Assembly: GCA_964016885.1 (NCBI GenBank)
Contig: OZ024758.1
Location: 35,154,001-35,218,000, forward strand
DNA from: Eledone cirrhosa
Lineage: Eukaryota
Direction: 5' to 3'
Length of the DNA: 64,000 bases
The notes under the pieces are model-generated. The model searched no databases. It saw only the letters and a list, made by a program, of their open reading frames with translations, and was not told the origin of the DNA. The position numbers were made by a program, and so were the translations under genes. Below, piece by piece: positions 37,701 to 50,405 of the stretch; the stretch's first letter is position 1; each line of letters opens with the position of its first letter.

Positions 37701-40700
37701 TAACTCCAATGTTGGTGAGAATTCATTTAAGTTCATGGTACTAGCTGTCAGAAGTAACTCCAATGTTGGTGAGAATTCATTTAAGTCATGGTACTAGCTG
37801 TCAGAAGTCACTCCACTGTTGGTGAGAATTCATTTAAGTTCATGGTATTAGCTGTCAGAAGGAACTCCACTGTTGGTGAGAATTCATTTAAATTCATGGT
37901 ATTAGCTGTCAGAAGTAACTCCACTGTTGGTGAGAATTCATTTAAGTTCATGGTACTAGCTGTCGGAAGGAACTCCAATGTTGGTGAGAATTCATTTAAG
38001 TTCATGGTATTAGCTGTCAGAAGTAACTCCACTGTTGGTGAGAATTCATTTAAGTTCATGGTATTAGCTGTCAGAAGTAACTCCACTGTTGGTGAGAATT
38101 CATTTAAGTTCATGGTACTAGCTGTCAGAAGTAACTCCACTGTTGGTGAGAATTCGTTTAAGTTCATGGTAGTAGCTGTCAGAAGTAACCCCAATGTTGG
38201 TGAGAACACATTTAAGTTCATGGTATTAGCTGTCAGAAGTCACTCCACTGTTGGTGAGAATTCATTTAAGTTCATGGTATTAGCTGTCAGAAGTAACTCC
38301 ACTGTTGGTGAGAATTCATTTAAGTTCATGGTATTAGCTGTCAGAAGTAACTCCACTGTTGGTGAGAATTCATTTAAGTTCATGGTATTAGCTGTCAGAA
38401 GTAACTCCACTGTTGGTGAGAATTCATTTAAGTTCATGGTACTAGCTGTCAGAAGTAACTCCACTGTTGGTGAGAATTCATTTAAGTTCATGGTATTAGC
38501 TGTCAGAAGTAACTCCACTGTTGGTGAGAATTCATTTAAGTGATGGTATTAGCTGTCAGAAGTAACTCCATTGTTGGTGAGAATTCAATTAAGTCATGGT
38601 ACTAGCTGTCAGAAGTAACTCCACTGTTGGTGAGAATTCATTTAAGTTCATGGTACTAGCTGTCAGAAGTAACTCCACTGTTGGTGAGAATTCATTTAAG
38701 TTCATGGTACTAGCTGTCAGAAGTAACTCCAATGTTGGTGAGAATTCATTTAAATTCATGGTATTAGCTGTCAGAAGTAACTCCACTGTTGGTGAGAATT
38801 CATTTAAGTTCATGGTACTAGCTGTCAGAAGCAACTCCACTGTTGGTGAGAATTCATTTAAGTTCATGGTATTAGCTGTCAGAAGTAACTCCACTGTTGG
38901 TGAGAATTCATTTAAGTTCATGGTACTAGCTGTCAGAAGTAACTCCAATGTTGGTGAGAATTCATTTAAATTCATGGTATTAGCTGTCAGAAGTAACTCC
39001 ACTGTTGGTGAGAATTCATTTAAGTTCATGGTACTAGCTGTCAGAAGCAACTCCACTGTTGGTGAGAATTCATTTAAGTTCATGGTATTAGCTGTCAGAA
39101 GTAACTCCACTGTTGGTGAGAATTCATTTAAGTTCATGGTACTAGCTGTCAAAAGTAACCCCAATGTTGGTGAGAATTCATTTAAGTTCATGGTATTAGC
39201 TGTCAGAAGTCACTCCAATGTTGGTGAGAATTCATTTATGTTCATGGTATTAGCTGTCAGAGGTAACTCCACTGTTGGTGAGAATTCATTTAAGTTCATG
39301 GTACTAGCTGTCAGAAGTAACTCCACTGTTGGTGAGAATTCATTTAAGTTCATGGTACTAGCTGTCAGAAGGAACTCCACTGTTGGTGAGAATTCATTTA
39401 AGTTCATGGTATTAGCTGTCAGAAGTAACTCCACTGTTGGTGAGAATTCATTTAAGTCATGGTATTAGCTGTCAGAAGTAACTCCATTGTTGGTGAGAAT
39501 TCATTTAAGTCATGGTACTAGCTGTCAGAAGTAACTCCACTGTTGGTGAGAATTCATTTAAGTTCATGGTACTAGCTGTCAGAAGTAACTCCAATGTTGG
39601 TGAGAATTCATTTAAGTCATGGTACTAGCTGTCAGAAGTAACTCCACTGTTGGTGAGAATTCATTTAAGTTCATGGTATTAGCTGTCAGAAGGAACTCCA
39701 CTGTTGGTGAGAATTCATTTAAGTCATGGTATTAGCTGTCAGAAGTAACTCCATTGTTGGTGAGAATTCATTTAAGTCATGGTACTAGCTGTCAGAAGTA
39801 ACTCCACTGTTGGTGAGAATTCATTTAAGTTCATTGTACTAGCTGTCAGAAGTAACTCCACTGTTGGTGAGAATTCATTTAAGTTCATTGTACTAGCTGT
39901 CAGAAGTAACTCCACTGTTGGTGAGAATTCATTTAAGTCATGGTATTAGCTGTCAGAAGTAACTCCATTGTTGGTGAGAATTCATTTAAGTCATGGTACT
40001 AGCTGTCAGAAGTAACTCCACTGTTGGTGAGAATTCATTTAAGTTCATGGTATTAGCTGTCAGAAGGAACTCCACTGTTGGTGAGAATTCATTTATGTTC
40101 ATGGTATTAGCTGTCAGAAGTAACTCCACTGTTGGTGAGAATTCATTTAAGTTCATGGTACTAGCTGTCAGAAGTAACTCCACTGTTGGTGAGAATTCAT
40201 TTAAGTTCATGGTACTAGCTGTCAGAAGGAACTCCACTGTTGGTGAGAATTCATTTAAGTTCATGGTATTAGCTGTCAGAAGTAACTCCAATGTTGGTGA
40301 GAATTCATTTAAGTCATGGTATTAGCTGTCAGAAGGAACTCCACTGTTGGTGAGAATTCATTTAAGTTCATGGTATTAGCTGTCAGAAGTAACTCCAATG
40401 TTGGTGAGAATTCATTTAAGTTCATGGTATTAGCTGTCAGAAGTAACTCCACTGTTGGTGAGAATTCATTTAAGTTCATGGTATTAGCTGTCAGAAGTAA
40501 CTCCACTGTTGGTGAGAATTCATTTAAGTTCATGGTACTAGCTGTCAGAAGTAACTCCACTGTTGGTGAGAATTCATTTAAGTTCATGGTACTAGCTGTC
40601 AGAAGTAACCCCAATGTTAGTGAGAATTCATTTAAGTTCATGGTATTAGCTGTCAGAAGTCACTCCACTGTTGGTGAGAATTCATTTAAGTTCATGGTAT

Positions 40701-43700
40701 TAGCTGTCAGAAGTAACTCCACTGTTGGTGAGAATTCATTTAAGTTCATGGTATTAGCTGTCAGAAGTAACTCCACTGTTGGTGAGAATTCATTTAAGTT
40801 CATGGTATTAGCTGTCAGAAGTAACTCCACTGTTGGTGAGAATTCATTTAAGTTCATGGTACTAGCTGTCAGAAGTAACGCCACTGTTGGTGAGAATTCA
40901 TTTAAGTTCATGGTATTAGCTGTCAGAAGTAACTCCACTGTTGGTGAGAATTCATTTAAGTCATGGTATTAGCAGTCAGAAGTAACTCCATTGTTGGTGA
41001 GAATTCATTTAAGTCATGGTACTAGCTGTCAGAAGTAACTCCACTGTTGGTGAGAATTCATTTAAGTTCATGGTACTAGCTGTCAGAAGTAACTCCACTG
41101 TTGGTGAGAATTCATTTAAGTTCATGGTACTAGCTGTCAGAAGTAACTCCAATGTTGGTGAGAATTCATTTAAGTCATGGTACTAGCTGTCAGAAGTCAC
41201 TCCACTGTTGGTGAGAATTCATTTAAGTTCATGGTATTAGCTGTCAGAAGGAACTCCACTGTTGGTGAGAATTCATTTAAATTCATGGTATTAGCTGTCA
41301 GAAGTAACTCCACTGTTGGTGAGAATTCATTTAAGTTCATGGTACTAGCTGTCGGAAGGAACTCCAATGTTGGTGAGAATTCATTTAAGTTCATGGTATT
41401 AGCTGTCAGAAGTAACTCCACTGTTGGTGAGAATTCATTTAAGTTCATGGTATTAGCTGTCAGAAGTAACTCCACTGTTGGTGAGAATTCATTTAAGTTC
41501 ATGGTACTAGCTGTCAGAAGTAACTCCACTGTTGGTGAGAATTCGTTTAAGTTCATGGTAGTAGCTGTCAGAAGTAACCCCAATGTTGGTGAGAACACAT
41601 TTAAGTTCATGGTATTAGCTGTCAGAAGTCACTCCACTGTTGGTGAGAATTCATTTAAGTTCATGGTATTAGCTGTCAGAAGTAACTCCACTGTTGGTGA
41701 GAATTCATTTAAGTTCATGGTATTAGCTGTCAGAAGTAACTCCACTGTTGGTGAGAATTCATTTAAGTTCATGGTATTAGCTGTCAGAAGTAACTCCACT
41801 GTTGGTGAGAATTCATTTAAGTTCATGGTACTAGCTGTCAGAAGTAACTCCACTGTTGGTGAGAATTCATTTAAGTTCATGGTATTAGCTGTCAGAAGTA
41901 ACTCCACTGTTGGTGAGAATTCATTTAAGTCATGGTATTAGCTGTCAGAAGTAACTCCATTGTTGGTGAGAATTCAATTAAGTCATGGTACTAGCTGTCA
42001 GAAGTAACTCCACTGTTGGTGAGAATTCATTTAAGTTCATGGTACTAGCTGTCAGAAGTAACTCCACTGTTGGTGAGAATTCATTTAAGTTCATGGTACT
42101 AGCTGTCAGAAGTAACTCCAATGTTGGTGAGAATTCATTTAAATTCATGGTATTAGCTGTCAGAAGTAACTCCACTGTTGGTGAGAATTCATTTAAGTTC
42201 ATGGTACTAGCTGTCAGAAGCAACTCCACTGTTGGTGAGAATTCATTTAAGTTCATGGTATTAGCTGTCAGAAGTAACTCCACTGTTGGTGAGAATTCAT
42301 TTAAGTTCATGGTACTAGCTATCAGAAGTAACCCCAATGTTGGTGAGAATTCATTTAAGTTCATGGTATTAGCTGTCAGAAGTCACTCCAATGTTGGTGA
42401 GAATTCATTTAAGTTCATGGTATTAGCTGTCAGAAGTCACTCCACTGTTGGTGAGAATTCATTTAAGTTCATGGTACTAGCTGTCAGAAGTAACCCCAAT
42501 GTTGGTGAGAATTCATTTAAGTTCATGGTATTAGCTGTCAGAAGTTACTCCAATGTTGGTGAGAATTCATTTAAGTTCATGGTATTAGCTGTCAGAAGTA
42601 ACTCCACTGTTGGTGAGAATTCATTTAAGTTCATGGTATTAGCTGTCAGAAGTAACTCCACTGTTGGTGAGAATTCATTTAAGTTCATGGTATTAGCTGT
42701 CAGAAGGAACTCCAATGTTGGTGAGAATTCATTTAAGTCATGGTACTAGCTGTCAGAAGTAACTCCACTGTTGGTGAGAATTCATTTAAGTTCATGGTAT
42801 TAGCTGTCAGAAGGAACGCCACTGTTGGTGAGAATTCATTTAAGTTCATGGTACTAGCTGTCAGAAGTAACTCCAATGTTGGTGAGAATTCATTTATGTT
42901 CATGGTATTAGCTGTCAGAAGTAACTCCACTGTTGGTGAGAATTCATTTAAGTTCATGGTATTAGCTGTCAGAAGTAACTCCACTGTTGGTGAGAATTCA
43001 TTTAAGTCATGGTATTAACTGTCAGAAGTAACTCCATTGTTGGTGAGAATTCATTTAAGTCATGGTACTAGCTGTCAGAAGTAACTCCACTGTTGGTGAG
43101 AATTCATTTAAGTTCATGGTACTAGCTGTCAGAGGTAACTCCACTGTTGGTGAGAATTCATTTAAGTTCATGGTACTAGCTGTCAGAAGTAACTCCAATG
43201 TTGGTGAGAATTCATTTAAATTCATGGTATTAGCTGTCAGAAGTAACTCCACTGTTGGTGAGAATTCATTTAAGTTCATGGTACTAGCTGTCAGAAACAA
43301 CTCCACTGTTGGTGAGAATTCATTTAAGTTCATGGTATTAGCTGTCAGAAGTAACTCCACTGTTGGTGAGAATTCATTTAAGTTCATGGTACTAGCTGTC
43401 AGAAGTAACTCCAATGTTGGTGAGAATTCATTTAAGTTCATGGTATTAGCTGTCAGAAGTCACTCCAATGTTGGTGAGAATTCATTTAAGTTCATGGTAT
43501 TAGCTGTCAGAAGTCACTCCACTGTTGGTGAGAATTCATTTAAGTTCATGGTACTAGCTGTCAGAAGTAACCCCAATGTTGGTGAGAATTCATTTAAGTT
43601 CATGGTATTAGCTGTCAGAAGTTACTCCAATGTTGGTGAGAATTCATTTAAGTTCATGGTATTAGCTGTCAGAAGTAACTCCACTGTTGGTGAGAATTCA

Positions 43701-46700
43701 TTTAAGTTCATGGTATTAGCTGTCAGAAGTAACTCCACTGTTGGTGAGAATTCATTTAAGTTCATGGTATTAGCTGTCAGAAGGAACTCCAATGTTGGTG
43801 AGAATTCATTTAAGTTCATGGTACTAGCTGTCAGAAGTAACTCCAATGTTGGTGAGAATTCATTTATGTTCATGGTATTAGCTGTCAGAAGTAACTCCAC
43901 TGTTGGTGAGAATTCATTTAAGTTCATGGTACTAGCTGTCAGAAGTAACTCCACTGTTGGTGAGAATTCATTTAAGTCATGGTATTAGCTGTCAGAAGTA
44001 ACTCCATTGTTGGTAAGAATTCATTTAAGTCATGGTACTAGCTGTCAGAAGTAACTCCACTGTTGGTGAGAATTCATTTAAGTTCATGGTATTAGCTGTC
44101 AGAAGTAACTCCACTGTTGGTGAGAATTCATTTAAGTTCATGGTATTAGTTGTCAGAAGTAACTCCACTGTTGGTGAGAATTCATTTAAGTCATGGTATT
44201 AGTTGTCAGAAGTAACTCCAATGTTGGTGAGAATTCATTTAAGTTCATGGTTCTAGCTGTCAGAAGTAACTCCACTGTTGGTGAGAATTCATTTAAGTTC
44301 ATGGTATTAGCTGTCAGAAGTAACTCCACTGTTGGTGAGAATTCATTTAAGTCATGGTATTAGATGTCAGAAGTAACTCCATTGTTGGTGGGAATTCATT
44401 TAAGTCATGGTACTAGCTGTCAGAAGTAACTCCACTGTTGGTGAGAATTCATTTAAGTTCATGGTATTAGCTGTCAGAAGTAACTCCTCTGTTGGTGAGA
44501 ATTCATTTAAGTCATGGTATTAGCTGTCAGAAGTAACTCCAATGTTGGTGAGAATTCATTGAAGTCATGGTACTAGCTGTCAGAAGTAACACCAATGTTG
44601 GTGAGAATTCAGTTAAGTTCATGGTATTAGCTGTCAGAAGGATCTCCAATGTTGGTGAGAATTCATTTAAGTTCATGGTATTAGTTGTCAGAAGTAACCC
44701 CACTGTTGGTGAGAATTCATTTAAGTTCATGGTATTAGCTGTCAGAAGTAACTCCACTGTTGGTGAGAATTCATTTAAGTTCATGGTATTAGCTGTCAGA
44801 AGTAACTCCACTGTTGGTGAGAATTCATTTAAGTTCATGGTATTAGCTGTCAGAAGGAACTCCAATGTTGGTGAGAATTCATTTAAGTCATGGTACTAGC
44901 TGTCAGAAGTAACTCCACTGTTGGTGAGAATTCATTTAAGTTCATGGTATTAGCTGTCAGAAGGAACGCCACTGTTGGTGAGAATTCATTTAAGTTCATG
45001 GTATTAGCTGTCAGAAGTAACTCCACTGTTGGTGAGAATTCATTTAAGTTCATGGTACTAGTTGTCAGAAGTAACTCCACTGTTGGTGAGAATTCATTTA
45101 AGTTCATGGTATTAGTTGTCAAAAGTAACTCCACTGTTGGTGAGAATTCATTTAAGTCATGGTATTTGTTGTCAGAAGTAACTCCAATGTTGGTGAGAAT
45201 TCATTTAAGTTCATGGTTCTAGCTGTCAGAAGTAACTCCACTGTTGGTGAGAATTCATTTAAGTTCATGGTATTAGCTGTCAGAAGTAACTCCACTGTTG
45301 GTGAGAGTTCATTTAAGTCATGGTATTAGCTGTCAGAAGTAACTCCATTGTTGGTGAGAATTCATTTAAGTCATGGTACTAGCTGTCAGAAGTAACTCCA
45401 CTGTTGGTGAGAATTCATTTAAGTTCATGGTATTAGCTGTCAGAAGGAACTCCACTGTTGGTGAGAATACATTTAAGTTCATGGTACTAGCTGTCAGAAG
45501 TAACTCCACTGTTGGTGAGAATTCATTTAAGTTCATGGTATTAGTTTGTCAGAAGTAACTCCACTGTTGGTGAGAATTCATTTAATTCATGGTATTAGTT
45601 GTCAGAACTAACTCCAATGTTGGTGAGAATTCATTTAAGTCATGGTACTAGCTGTCAGAAGTAAGTCCAATGTTGGTGAGAATTCATTTAAGTTCATGGT
45701 ATTAGCTGTCAGAAGGAACTCCACTGTTGGTGAGAATTCATTTAAGTTCATGGTATTAGCTGTCAGAAGTAACTCCACTGTTGGCGAGAATTCATTTAAG
45801 TTCATGGTACTAGCTGTCAGAAGTAACTCCAATGTTGGTGAGAATTCATTTAAGTTCATGGTATTAGCTGTCAGAAGTAACTCCACTGTTGGTGAGAATT
45901 CATTTAAGTCATGGTATTAGCTGTCAGAAGTAACTCCAATGTTGGTGAGAATTCATTTAAGTTCATGGTACTAGCTGTCAGAAGTAACTCCATTGTTGGT
46001 GAGAATTCATTTAAGTTCATGGTATTAGTTTGTCAGAAGTAACTCCACTGTTGGTGAGAATTCATTTAAGTCATGGTATTAGTTGTCAGAAGTTTACTCC
46101 AATGTTGGTGAGAATTCATTTAAGTTCATGGTACTAGCTGTCAGAAGTAACTCCACTGTTGGTGAGAATTCATTTAAGTTCATGGTATTAGCTGTCAGAA
46201 GTAACTCCACTGTTGGTGAGAATTCATTTAAGTTCATGGTACTAGCTGTCAGAAGTAACTCCAATGTTGGTGAGGATTCATTTAAGTTCATGGTATTAGC
46301 TGTCAGAAGGAACTCCACCGTTGGTGAGAATTCATTTAAGTTCATGGTATTAGCTCTCAGAAGTAACTCCACTGTTGGTGAGAATTCATTTAAGTTCATG
46401 GTACTAGTTGTCAGAAGTAACTCCACTGTTGGTGAGAATTCATTTAAGTTCATGGTACTAGCTGTCAGAAGTAACTCCACTGTTGGTGAGAATTCATTTA
46501 AGTTCATGGTATTAGTTTGTCAGAAGTAACTCCACTGTTGGTGAGAATTCATTTAATTCATGGTATTAGTTGTCAGAAGTAACTCCAATGTTGGTGAGAA
46601 TTCATTTAAGTCATGGTACTAGCTGTCAGAAGTAACTCCAATGTTGGTGAGAATTCATTTAAGTTCATGGTATTAGCTGTCAGAAGGAACTCCACTGTTG

Positions 46701-49700
46701 GTGAGAATTCATTTAAGTTCATGGTATTAGCTGTCAGAAGTAACTCCACTGTTGGTGAGAATTCATTTAAGTTCATGGTACTGGCTGTCAGAAGTAACTC
46801 CAATGTTGGTGGGAATTCATTTAAGTTCATGGTATTAGCTGTCAGAAGTAACTCCACTGTTGGTGAGAATTCATTTAAGTCATGGTATTAGCTGTCAGAA
46901 GTAACTCCAATGTTGGTGAGAATTCATTTAAGTTCATGGTATTAGCTGTCAGAAGTAACTCCACTGTTGGTGAGAATTGATTTAAGTTCATGGTACTAGC
47001 TGTCAGAAGTAACTCCACTGTTGGTGAGAATTCATTTAAGTTCATGGTATTAGTTTGTCAGAAGTAACTCCACTGTTGGTGAGAATTCATTTAAGTCATG
47101 GTATTAGTTGTCAGAAGTTTACTCCAATGTTGGTGAGAATTCATTTAATTTCATGGTACTAGCTGTCAGAAGTAACTCCACTGTTGGTGAGAATTCATTT
47201 AAGTTCATGGTATTAGCTGTCAGAAGTAACTCCACTGTTGGTGAGAATTCATTTAAGTTCATGGTATTAGTTGTCAGAAGTAACTCCACTGTTGGTGAGA
47301 ATTCATTTAAGTCATGGTATTAGTTGTCAGAAGTAACTCCAATGTTGGTGAGAATTCATTTAAGTTCATGGTATTAGCTGTCAGAAGTAACTCCACTGTT
47401 GGTGAGAATTCATTTAAGTTCATGGTATTAGCTGTCAGAAGTAACTCCACTGTTGGTGAGAATTCATTTAAGTTCATGGTATTAGCTGTCAGAAGGAACT
47501 CCAATGTTGGTGAGAATTCATTTAAGTCATGGTACTAGCTGTCAGAAGTAACTCCACTGTTGGTGAGAATTCATTTAAGTTCATGGTATTAGCTGTCAGA
47601 AGGAACGCCACTGTTGGTGAGAATTCATTTAATTCATGGTATTAGTTGTCAGAAGTAACTCCAATGTTGGTGAGAATTCATTTAAGTCATGGTACTAGCT
47701 GTCAGAAGTAACTCCAATGTTGGTGAGAATTCATTTAAGTTCATGGTATTAGCTGTCAGAAGGAACTCCACTGTTGGTGAGAATTCATTTAAGTTCATGG
47801 TACTAGCTGTCAGAGGTAACTCCACTGTTGGTGAGAATTCATTTAAGTTCATGGTACTAGCTGTCAGAAGTAACTCCAATGTTGGTGAGAATTCATTTAA
47901 ATTCATGGTATTAGCTGTCAGAAGTAACTCCACTGTTGGTGAGAATTCATTTAAGTTCATGGTACTAGCTGTCAGAAGCAACTCCACTGTTGGTGAGAAT
48001 TCATTTAAGTTCATGGTATTAGCTGTCAGAAGTAACTCCACTGTTGGTGAGAATTCATTTAAGTTCATGGTACTAGCTGTCAGAAGTAACCCCAATGTTG
48101 GTGAGAATTCATTTAAGTTCATGGTATTAGCTGTCAGAAGTCACTCCAATGTTGGTGAGAATTCATTTAAGTTCATGGTATTAGCTGTCAGAAGTCACTC
48201 CACTGTTGGTGAGAATTCATTTAAGTTCATGGTACTAGCTGTCAGAAGTAACCCCAATGTTGGTGAGAATTCATTTAAGTTCATGGTATTAGCTGTCAGA
48301 AGTTACTCAAATGTTGGTGAGAATTCATTTAAGTTCATGGTATTAGCTGTCAGAAGTAACTCCACTGTTGGTGAGAATTCATTTAAGTTCATGGTATTAG
48401 CTGTCAGAAGTAACTCCACTGTTGGTGAGAATTCATTTAAGTTCATGGTATTAGCTGTCAGAAGGAACTCCAATGTTGGTGAGAATTCATTTAAGTCATG
48501 GTACTAGCTGTCAGAAGTAACTCCACTGTTGGTGAGAATTCATTTAAGTTCATGGTATTAGCTGTCAGAAGGAACGCCACTGTTGGTGAGAATTCATTTA
48601 AGTTCATGGTACTAGCTGTCAGAAGTAACTCCAATGTTGGTGAGAATTCATTTATGTTCATGGTATTAGCTGTCAGAAGTAACTCCACTGTTGGTGAGAA
48701 TTCATTTAAGTTCATGGTACTAGCTGTCAGAAGTAACTCCACTGTTGGTGAGAATTCATTTAAGTCATGGTATTAGCTGTCAGAAGTAACTCCATTGTTG
48801 GTAAGAATTCATTTAAGTCATGGTACTAGCTGTCAGAAGTAACTCCACTGTTGGTGAGAATTCATTTAAGTTCATGGTATTAGCTGTCAGAAGTAACTCC
48901 ACTGTTGGTGAGAATTCATTTAAGTTCATGGTATTAGTTGTCAGAAGTAACTCCACTGTTGGTGAGAATTCATTTAAGTCATGGTATTAGTTGTCAGAAG
49001 TAACTCCAATGTTGGTGAGAATTCATTTAAGTTCATGGTTCTAGCTGTCAGAAGTAACTCCACTGTTGGTGAGAATTCATTTAAGTTCATGGTATTAGCT
49101 GTCAGAAGTAACTCCACTGTTGGTGAGAATTCATTTAAGTCATGGTATTAGATGTCAGAAGTAACTCCATTGTTGGTGGGAATTCATTTAAGTCATGGTA
49201 CTAGCTGTCAGAAGTAACTCCACTGTTGGTGAGAATTCATTTAAGTTCATGGTATTAGCTGTCAGAAGTAACTCCTCTGTTGGTGAGAATTCATTTAAGT
49301 CATGGTATTAGCTGTCAGAAGTAACTCCAATGTTGGTGAGAATTCATTGAAGTCATGGTACTAGCTGTCAGAAGTAACACCAATGTTGGTGAGAATTCAG
49401 TTAAGTTCATGGTATTAGCTGTCAGAAGGATCTCCAATGTTGGTGAGAATTCATTTAAGTTCATGGTATTAGTTGTCAGAAGTAACCCCACTGTTGGTGA
49501 GAATTCATTTAAGTTCATGGTATTAGCTGTCAGAAGTAACTCCACTGTTGGTGAGAATTCATTTAAGTTCATGGTATTAGCTGTCAGAAGTAACTCCACT
49601 GTTGGTGAGAATTCATTTAAGTTCATGGTATTAGCTGTCAGAAGGAACTCCAATGTTGGTGAGAATTCATTTAAGTCATGGTACTAGCTGTCAGAAGTAA

Positions 49701-50405
49701 CTCCACTGTTGGTGAGAATTCATTTAAGTTCATGGTATTAGCTGTCAGAAGGAACGCCACTGTTGGTGAGAATTCATTTAAGTTCATGGTATTAGCTGTC
49801 AGAAGTAACTCCACTGTTGGTGAGAATTCATTTAAGTTCATGGTACTAGTTGTCAGAAGTAACTCCACTGTTGGTGAGAATTCATTTAAGTTCATGGTAT
49901 TAGTTGTCAAAAGTAACTCCACTGTTGGTGAGAATTCATTTAAGTCATGGTATTTGTTGTCAGAAGTAACTCCAATGTTGGTGAGAATTCATTTAAGTTC
50001 ATGGTTCTAGCTGTCAGAAGTAACTCCACTGTTGGTGAGAATTCATTTAAGTTCATGGTATTAGCTGTCAGAAGTAACTCCACTGTTGGTGAGAGTTCAT
50101 TTAAGTCATGGTATTAGCTGTCAGAAGTAACTCCATTGTTGGTGAGAATTCATTTAAGTCATGGTACTAGCTGTCAGAAGTAACTCCACTGTTGGTGAGA
50201 ATTCATTTAAGTTCATGGTATTAGCTGTCAGAAGGAACTCCACTGTTGGTGAGAATACATTTAAGTTCATGGTACTAGCTGTCAGAAGTAACTCCACTGT
50301 TGGTGAGAATTCATTTAAGTTCATGGTATTAGTTTGTCAGAAGTAACTCCACTGTTGGTGAGAATTCATTTAATTCATGGTATTAGTTGTCAGAACTAAC
50401 TCCAA
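24798..50405. repeat. Large tandem duplication: unit 1 24798-37709 (12,912 bp), unit 2 37710-50405 (12,696 bp)
   Basis: More than 20 consecutive ORF/variant landmarks are colinear, with offsets 12912 (24876/37788 to 28265/41177), 12804 (29181/41985), 12749 (31818/44567 to 34565/47314), 12802 (34887/47689 to 36876/49678) and 12696 (37465/50161). Confidence 0.93.
30300..37709. repeat. Nested ~4.7-kb duplication inside the 12.9-kb unit (offset 4,735 bp; 4,788 bp in unit 2)
   Basis: The distinctive cassette TTGAAGTC..AACACCAATG..CAGTTAAG..GGATCTCC occurs at ORF starts 31818/36553 and 44567/49355. Confidence 0.85.
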
